Positions 38,778 through 44,082 of a stretch of 44,082 nt of DNA are shown in pieces. The DNA is from an uncultured Chthoniobacteraceae bacterium (GTDB lineage Bacteria; Verrucomicrobiota; Verrucomicrobiia; Chthoniobacterales; CAKUMP01). The notes beneath the pieces are model-generated. The model saw nothing but the letters and a program-made list of their open reading frames with translations, did not search any database and was not told the DNA's origin. The stretch is taken from positions 1 through 44,082 of the forward strand of contig CAYUDZ010000005.1 in NCBI GenBank assembly GCA_964443575.1, read 5' to 3'. Position 1 is the stretch's first letter; every line of letters starts with the position of its first letter. Made by a program: the position numbers and the translations under genes.

Positions 38778-39194
38778 GTGAGTGATCAGAACATCAACGA
38801 CCTATTTGACGATGCCAATGGTGACCTGGCGCTTGGCGAGCTGAGTGCGGCAATCGAAAAATACCAACGCTGCGTTGAATTACAGCCGGATTTCTTCGAC
38901 GGCTGGCACGCACTTGCAATGGCGAGGATGAAAAACGATGACATTGCCGGTGCGATCGTTGCCGGTAAGCAGGCAGTCAAGCTACAGCCCAATGACCAGC
39001 TAGCCTGGTCAAGCCTGTCGCTGTTTTTTGTCCGCAACCATCAAATCAAGGAGGCAGAAGCAGCCGGCGCCAAAGCCAAGGTACTGTCATGGGGTGGAAA
39101 ACTGGATGCGGAATCAGTCGTCGCCGAAATGGAAGCATGGCCGACCACGCCAGGTGACCCACCGCCACCAAATGACAAAAAAGCAGAACAATGA
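38778..39194 (+). CDS. Small tetratricopeptide-repeat protein
   Basis: AAIEKYQRCVELQPDF, GWHALAMA, AVKLQPNDQLAWSSL; stop overlaps metG start (ATGA). Confidence 0.8.
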   Translation: MSDQNINDLFDDANGDLALGELSAAIEKYQRCVELQPDFFDGWHALAMARMKNDDIAGAIVAGKQAVKLQPNDQLAWSSLSLFFVRNHQIKEAEAAGAKAKVLSWGGKLDAESVVAEMEAWPTTPGDPPPPNDKKAEQ

Positions 39195-40768
39195 AAGACG
39201 ACCGGTCATATTATATCACCACGGCAATAGATTACACCAATGCGCCGCCACATATCGGGCATGCCTATGAAAAAGTGTTGGCCGACACGCTGGCGCGTTA
39301 CAGCAGGCTGCGCGGACGCCCGACATTCTTCCTGACCGGCGTCGACCAGCACGGCCAGAAGGTCCAGCAAAGCGCCGCCCGTGAAGGCATCAGCCCACAG
39401 GAATTCGCCCGCTCTGTTACAGTAAAGTTTCGTGCCCTGTGGGATACACTCAAAATTGAATTTGATGGCTGGGCTGAGACCAGCGACCCGCGGCATGCGC
39501 ATGCGGTACAGGGTGTGCTGCAGCGGCTGCACGATGAGGGCCAGCTCTATAAGGCGACCCATTCCGGTTTCTACAGCATCAGGCAGGAACAATTCCTGAC
39601 CGACAAGGAACGCAATGATGAGGCTGAGTTCGGACCCGAATGGGGTGAGGTGGTCGAGTTGGCCGAGGAAAATTGGTACTTTAAACTGGGTGAGCATAAG
39701 CAATGGTTGGTCGACTTCCTGGCTGCTACACCGGATTTTGTCACGCCGTCGTTCCGCCAGTCCGAACTGGTCAATGCGGTCGAGCGCCTCGAGGGCGACC
39801 TGTGCATCTCACGCCCTAAGTCACGACTCGATTGGGGCATCGAACTGCCCTTCGATCGCGACTTTGTCACCTACGTGTGGTTTGATGCGCTGCTCAACTA
39901 CGCCAGCTTCATCGGCTACGGCAAAGCGCCGGACGATGACTCACTGCCCGACTTTGACCATTGGTGGCCATGCGACGCGCATGTGATCGGCAAGGATATC
40001 CTGGTGCCGGCGCATGGTGTCTACTGGCCGATCATGCTCCACGCCATGGGGATTACAGATGCCCAAATGCCACGCTTGCTGGTCCATGGCTGGTGGAATA
40101 TCGGCGGCGCCAAGATGTCTAAAAGTGAGGGCAACATTATCGATCCAGTCATCCTGGCAGAAAAATACGGTACCGACGCAATACGCTACTACCTGATGTG
40201 TGACATCGCCACCGGTCGCGATGCAGATTTTTCCGAGGAGCGCCTGCACCAACGCTACAATGCCAACCTGGCCAACGATCTGGGGAACTTGCTGAATCGC
40301 TCGCTCAGCATGGCCGGACGCTACCGCGATGGAAAACTCAGCAGTAAAGAGCCAGCTGACGAACGCAGCAACAACCTGCTGGCGCTGGCCGGTCAGTGCG
40401 CCTGCGATTACTGCGGCCACATGGACCAGGCAATGGTCAGCACCGCCCTGGAGTCAGTTGCCTCGCTGATATCGGAATGCAACAGCTTCGTCGATATCAT
40501 GGCACCATGGAAGCTGGCTAAAGATGAGTCAGCCGCTGCCTTGCTGGATGAAACCCTTTATGTATTGGCCGAATCTCTGCGCGTTAGCGGCATCTTGCTG
40601 TCACCTATCATGCCCGATGCCAGCCAAAATATCTTCGCGCAGCTCAACTGGCATCCCTCACCCAACAGTCCGCTCGAACAACAACTCGAAGCCCGGCTAC
40701 CCGACGGCCACCAACTGGGCTCGCCCACCCCGATCTTCCCACGCCTGGAAGAAAATACTTCTTCGTAG
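39191..40768 (+). CDS. metG: Methionine--tRNA ligase, short form without C-terminal tRNA-binding domain
   Basis: YITTAIDY, HIGH, YVWFDAL, GKDI, KMSKS, NDLGNL, PIFPR. Confidence 0.96.
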   Translation: MKDDRSYYITTAIDYTNAPPHIGHAYEKVLADTLARYSRLRGRPTFFLTGVDQHGQKVQQSAAREGISPQEFARSVTVKFRALWDTLKIEFDGWAETSDPRHAHAVQGVLQRLHDEGQLYKATHSGFYSIRQEQFLTDKERNDEAEFGPEWGEVVELAEENWYFKLGEHKQWLVDFLAATPDFVTPSFRQSELVNAVERLEGDLCISRPKSRLDWGIELPFDRDFVTYVWFDALLNYASFIGYGKAPDDDSLPDFDHWWPCDAHVIGKDILVPAHGVYWPIMLHAMGITDAQMPRLLVHGWWNIGGAKMSKSEGNIIDPVILAEKYGTDAIRYYLMCDIATGRDADFSEERLHQRYNANLANDLGNLLNRSLSMAGRYRDGKLSSKEPADERSNNLLALAGQCACDYCGHMDQAMVSTALESVASLISECNSFVDIMAPWKLAKDESAAALLDETLYVLAESLRVSGILLSPIMPDASQNIFAQLNWHPSPNSPLEQQLEARLPDGHQLGSPTPIFPRLEENTSS

Positions 40769-40814
40769 CTGACTTTCAGCACCACCAGACTCTGAAACTC
40801 AACCGGGCAACCAC

Positions 40815-41939
40815 TCAAGGAGTAAGCGCGTTCCATTCGTCTTCGCTGGCCGGACCGACCTGGTACTCCATCAGCATCTGCCAGCGATTCTCCTGCTTGG
40901 TTAGCAAGGCTTCAAAGTGGACATAGTCGATGGTCTTCTCGCCGTCCTTCGGCTCGGCGATGTAGCGGAAGATGCCAGATTCATGAGACGTGGTCGTATC
41001 GCGATAGCGGTGGGAGAATCGGAACTCCACGCTAGCAGCAACGTTACCGGATTTGGTATTGTCGAAGTCGGATTGCCAACGGGCCAGTGCCTGTGACAGC
41101 GGGTAGCTGGTTTGTTTGCTGCCGGAAATAAGCACCCCATGCGGGTGTGTGGTAGCAGCATAAGCAGCAAAATCGCCTTCGCGCACGGCGCGTTCCACCT
41201 CGGCCCAATAGGCATCGATTTCATACTGCGCTTTAGTAGTTGGGGAATCGATCGGGGTAGCAGTAAATTTGCGAATTGCGAGCGGGCCATGGTCCCCCTG
41301 GATGGCGATCGGGCCGGCGGCGCATTCGCCCGGCAGCGGATTGGACGTGGTAGGTTTGCTGACGCTTATGTCCTTTTGCACTTCAACACCGTTGATCAGG
41401 ACACTTTCGAAAGCCGCATCTTCAATTTTTGTACCTTGCTCGTCGAAGCGTGGGGCGCGGAAGGTGATCTGCATGGTTTGCCAGCGACCCGGTGCCTTGG
41501 CAGCATTTTCCTTGGGTGCTGAGTTGGCATAAATCCCTCCCAAGTCGCCACTGCGTACCTTGTCTTTGCCAAAGCTGTCGAGGATTTGTACTTCGTAGCG
41601 CCCCATCATGTATACTCCAGCGTTCGAGCCTTTCGGGATCATGAATTCCAGCTCCACTTCGACATCGCCAAAAGACTCACGGGTGAACAGGTAAGGGATA
41701 GAGATGTCTTTGGTTAGACCGTTGACCAGTACGCCGCCTTTGCCTTTGCCGCGCGTCGTCAGCTCGGTCCGGTCGGGAACCATTACCGCACGCTCCACCC
41801 GGTGCCAGTGGTCGGCCGGTTGAAAGTGCTCCAGCGCCTCTCCTTCAAGCAGGTCGATGGTCTTGCGTTGCGCCTCAGCAGCACCGGAAAAAGTGAGAGA
41901 ATTGACTATTAATAATGCGACAACAATAGAAATTTTCAT
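40815..41939 (-). CDS. Secreted DUF1080 (3-keto-disaccharide hydrolase-like) protein fused to an NTF2-like domain
   Basis: Signal peptide; SNAGVY..GRYEVQILDS, GRWQ...ITFRAPRFD, IQGDHG; C-terminal EGDF.AY....HP, HESGIFRY, WQMLMEYQ. Confidence 0.8.
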   Translation of the reverse strand: MKISIVVALLIVNSLTFSGAAEAQRKTIDLLEGEALEHFQPADHWHRVERAVMVPDRTELTTRGKGKGGVLVNGLTKDISIPYLFTRESFGDVEVELEFMIPKGSNAGVYMMGRYEVQILDSFGKDKVRSGDLGGIYANSAPKENAAKAPGRWQTMQITFRAPRFDEQGTKIEDAAFESVLINGVEVQKDISVSKPTTSNPLPGECAAGPIAIQGDHGPLAIRKFTATPIDSPTTKAQYEIDAYWAEVERAVREGDFAAYAATTHPHGVLISGSKQTSYPLSQALARWQSDFDNTKSGNVAASVEFRFSHRYRDTTTSHESGIFRYIAEPKDGEKTIDYVHFEALLTKQENRWQMLMEYQVGPASEDEWNALTP

Positions 41940-42125
41940 AGCAGGTAGACGATGGAATACCGGCTCCAGCTTTGCAAGAGGTATCCCAAACACAACAATA
42001 GAGCTGCAAAACCGTGGCGGTTGGTAGCAGGTAAATCCTGCGAGTTACAAGTTGGCTGCTGACCGAGCAGTTTGCTCGTTCTGCATTTGCGCATCCTTCA
42101 AGAGTGTCGTAATCGTTCTAAATGT

Positions 42126-42797
42126 ATGAGCAATTTGCAGCAACTCTACGATCCATATATTGACCATTTGCTGGAACACGGCAAGCCGCCGGTTTCCGTA
42201 TATAAGTTTTGTAAGGAGAATGGCATTCAGGAAGCTGACTTCTTCAAGCAAGCTGCTTCGTTTGAAGCATTGGAATCGGAGTTTTGGGCAATCAAAGCAA
42301 GTGAGCTGATCAATAGCATCCAATCCGGCGATGAATGGCACAGTTTTGACGCACGCCAGCGCATGCTGACTTTTCTATTTGCACTGAGTGAGCAACTCCT
42401 GGGTATGCGTTCACTGGTTTTATTGCGTTTTGGTCATCTCAAGCTCGCAAGCCGTCCGAACTGGCTCGATGGCTGGCATGACGCGGTGCGTGAGTTTTGT
42501 AAATCAGTCGTCGCCCACGGCAAAGAGTCAGGTGCCATTGCAGAGCGCGGTCGAATCTCAGAAAGTTACCCGGATGCACTGGTGCTAGCCACCCGTTCTG
42601 TAATCGATTATTTCGTTAAAGATACCAGCAAAGGGTTCGAACGCACCGACGCGTATGTAGAGAAATCGGTCGCATTAGCTTTTGACCTGATGCAGACCCA
42701 GGCAATTGATTCCGCATTCGATCTACTCAAGTTCCTGGCACCGAAGTCATCATCCAAAGGCACAGCCAAAGAATCGGCCAACGCAGACAACTCCTAA
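42126..42797 (+). CDS. TetR-like transcriptional regulator
   Basis: P.SVYKFCKENGIQE.DFF HTH-like segment; C-terminal DTSKGFERTDAYVEKSV...FD. Confidence 0.75.
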   Translation: MSNLQQLYDPYIDHLLEHGKPPVSVYKFCKENGIQEADFFKQAASFEALESEFWAIKASELINSIQSGDEWHSFDARQRMLTFLFALSEQLLGMRSLVLLRFGHLKLASRPNWLDGWHDAVREFCKSVVAHGKESGAIAERGRISESYPDALVLATRSVIDYFVKDTSKGFERTDAYVEKSVALAFDLMQTQAIDSAFDLLKFLAPKSSSKGTAKESANADNS

Positions 42798-42812
42798 CCA
42801 AAGGAAACAATC

Positions 42813-44082
42813 ATGGCTGAGCAGGATAAAATTAAATCTAATCGTATCGATCGCGCGACCACGCTCGTCGGAACCGGTGCCAAGGTCGGTGTCAATTACC
42901 TCAAACATTATGGTAAGAAATCGCTCGGAATCCCATCTACCAAGGATGACTTGGATAGTGCCAACGCCGACGATGTATACAAAACATTTAGCGAATTGAA
43001 AGGCGGGCCGCTCAAGCTGGCCCAAGTGCTGAGCATCGATCGCAATTTATTGCCACCCGCTTATGCGGCAAAATTTTCGGAAGCCCAATATTCGGCGCCG
43101 CCACTCAGCTATCCTCTGGTGGTAAAAACTTTCCGGCGTGAGTTCGGACTGTCTCCTGCCGAAATGTTCGACAGCTTCGAGCCAACCGCAGCCCACGGCG
43201 CTTCCATCGGCCAAGTCCATAAAGCAACTAAAGAAGGCCACACTTATGCTGTCAAAGTACAGTACCCGGGGGTTGCTGATAGCCTGCGTAGCGACCTAAG
43301 TATCGTAAAGCCAATCGCCCTCCAAATCCTTGGCCTCAAAGAAGCTGATATCGCGCCCTACCTGGCTGAAGTCGAAGCAAGACTAGCAGAGGAAACAAAT
43401 TACGAGCTGGAACTCGAACGCTCGCAGACTCTCTCGCGTGCTTCCGACGGCATCGCCAATGTGAGCTTTCCCGAATATTACCCGGACATGTCGTCGAAAC
43501 GGGTTCTAACAATGGATTGGATCGACGGCCAGACATTGGATAAGTTTGCCGACGGCAACCCTTCACAGGAATCACGTGACCGTATCGGCCAGGCTTTGTG
43601 GGATTTCTATCACCACCAGATCCACACCCTGCTGATCTTTCATGCTGATCCGCATCCAGGTAACTTCCTGATCAAAGACGATCAGCTTTACGTGATCGAT
43701 TTTGGCTGTACCAAGCAACTGGATAATGAATTTTACCGCAAGCATTTCCAATTTCTTGACGAGTCAATTGCCACCGATCCTGAGCGCCTGGAAGCCGCCC
43801 TTGACGATTCCGCTATCTTACTGCCCAGCGACAGCCGCGAACAGCGCGATGCGTTTATCGAAATCTGCAGTCACTCGATCGGCGTGCTGGCCGCACCATT
43901 CCGGAAAGAGGTCTTCGACTTTAGTGACCGCGAGTTCCTCGAGGCGATCTACGATACAGGAGAGCAAAACCGCAAAAGCGAAATACTGCGCTCGATGCGT
44001 GGCTCACGTGGCTCCGCCCACAGCATCTATGTCAATCGCGCCTACTTCGGGCTGTATACCCTGCTGGCGCGACTGGGTGCCC
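42813..44082 (+). CDS. AarF/UbiB/ABC1 atypical kinase, truncated by window end
   Basis: Translated by hand from ATG 42813 (AAGGA upstream): MAEQDKIKSN..., LKGGPLKLAQ, ASIGQVHKA, AVKVQYPG, HADPHPGNF, IDFGC. Confidence 0.9.
   Translation, partial: MAEQDKIKSNRIDRATTLVGTGAKVGVNYLKHYGKKSLGIPSTKDDLDSANADDVYKTFSELKGGPLKLAQVLSIDRNLLPPAYAAKFSEAQYSAPPLSYPLVVKTFRREFGLSPAEMFDSFEPTAAHGASIGQVHKATKEGHTYAVKVQYPGVADSLRSDLSIVKPIALQILGLKEADIAPYLAEVEARLAEETNYELELERSQTLSRASDGIANVSFPEYYPDMSSKRVLTMDWIDGQTLDKFADGNPSQESRDRIGQALWDFYHHQIHTLLIFHADPHPGNFLIKDDQLYVIDFGCTKQLDNEFYRKHFQFLDESIATDPERLEAALDDSAILLPSDSREQRDAFIEICSHSIGVLAAPFRKEVFDFSDREFLEAIYDTGEQNRKSEILRSMRGSRGSAHSIYVNRAYFGLYTLLARLGA

Noticed and set aside
18-43575. 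Many short overlapping or antisense ORFs in the track (e.g. 37832..38692, 27936..28514, 39206..39703)
   Set aside because: They lie within well-supported genes in other frames and show no recognisable motifs.
1-44082. CRISPR array, prophage, integrase, transposase or defence island
   Set aside because: No spaced direct repeats or mobile-element proteins recognised; the beta-CASP protein has no defence-gene context.

Overview
Gene-dense bacterial chromosome segment, most likely Verrucomicrobiota (inferred from a TIGR04073-like gene, PVC-type conserved hypotheticals, an ExbB-ExbD-ExbD set and few Shine-Dalgarno sites). About 41 CDS. Housekeeping: pdxH, rsmB, ugd, lptD, galE, dapA-dapB-folK-panB, metG. 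Also present: two orphan peptide ABC permeases followed by an MFS transporter and a pullulanase; a polysaccharide export module (beta-barrel, short OPX, Wzc-like kinase); gspE/gspF; and a TetR-like gene plus an ABC1/UbiB kinase that runs off the right edge and is missing from the ORF track. I saw no rRNA, tRNA, CRISPR array, integrase or transposase. The most interesting candidate is a minus-strand module at 32166-34372. A small membrane-anchored CxxC...PPPR protein resembling DUF2946/CruR/CutF stalling leaders is followed by a 220-nt spacer with several hairpins (one terminator-like), then a Met/His-rich outer-membrane barrel and a Fur/Zur-type regulator. I interpret this as a possible metal-sensing attenuation system (inference). 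Other signals: repeated sigma70 promoters placed for leaderless mRNAs, a Walker B Asp-to-Asn change in the Wzc-like kinase, an ExbB with a C-terminal zinc ribbon, and a Cys-depleted zf-TFIIB-like protein. All family calls are from motif recognition, not database searches.
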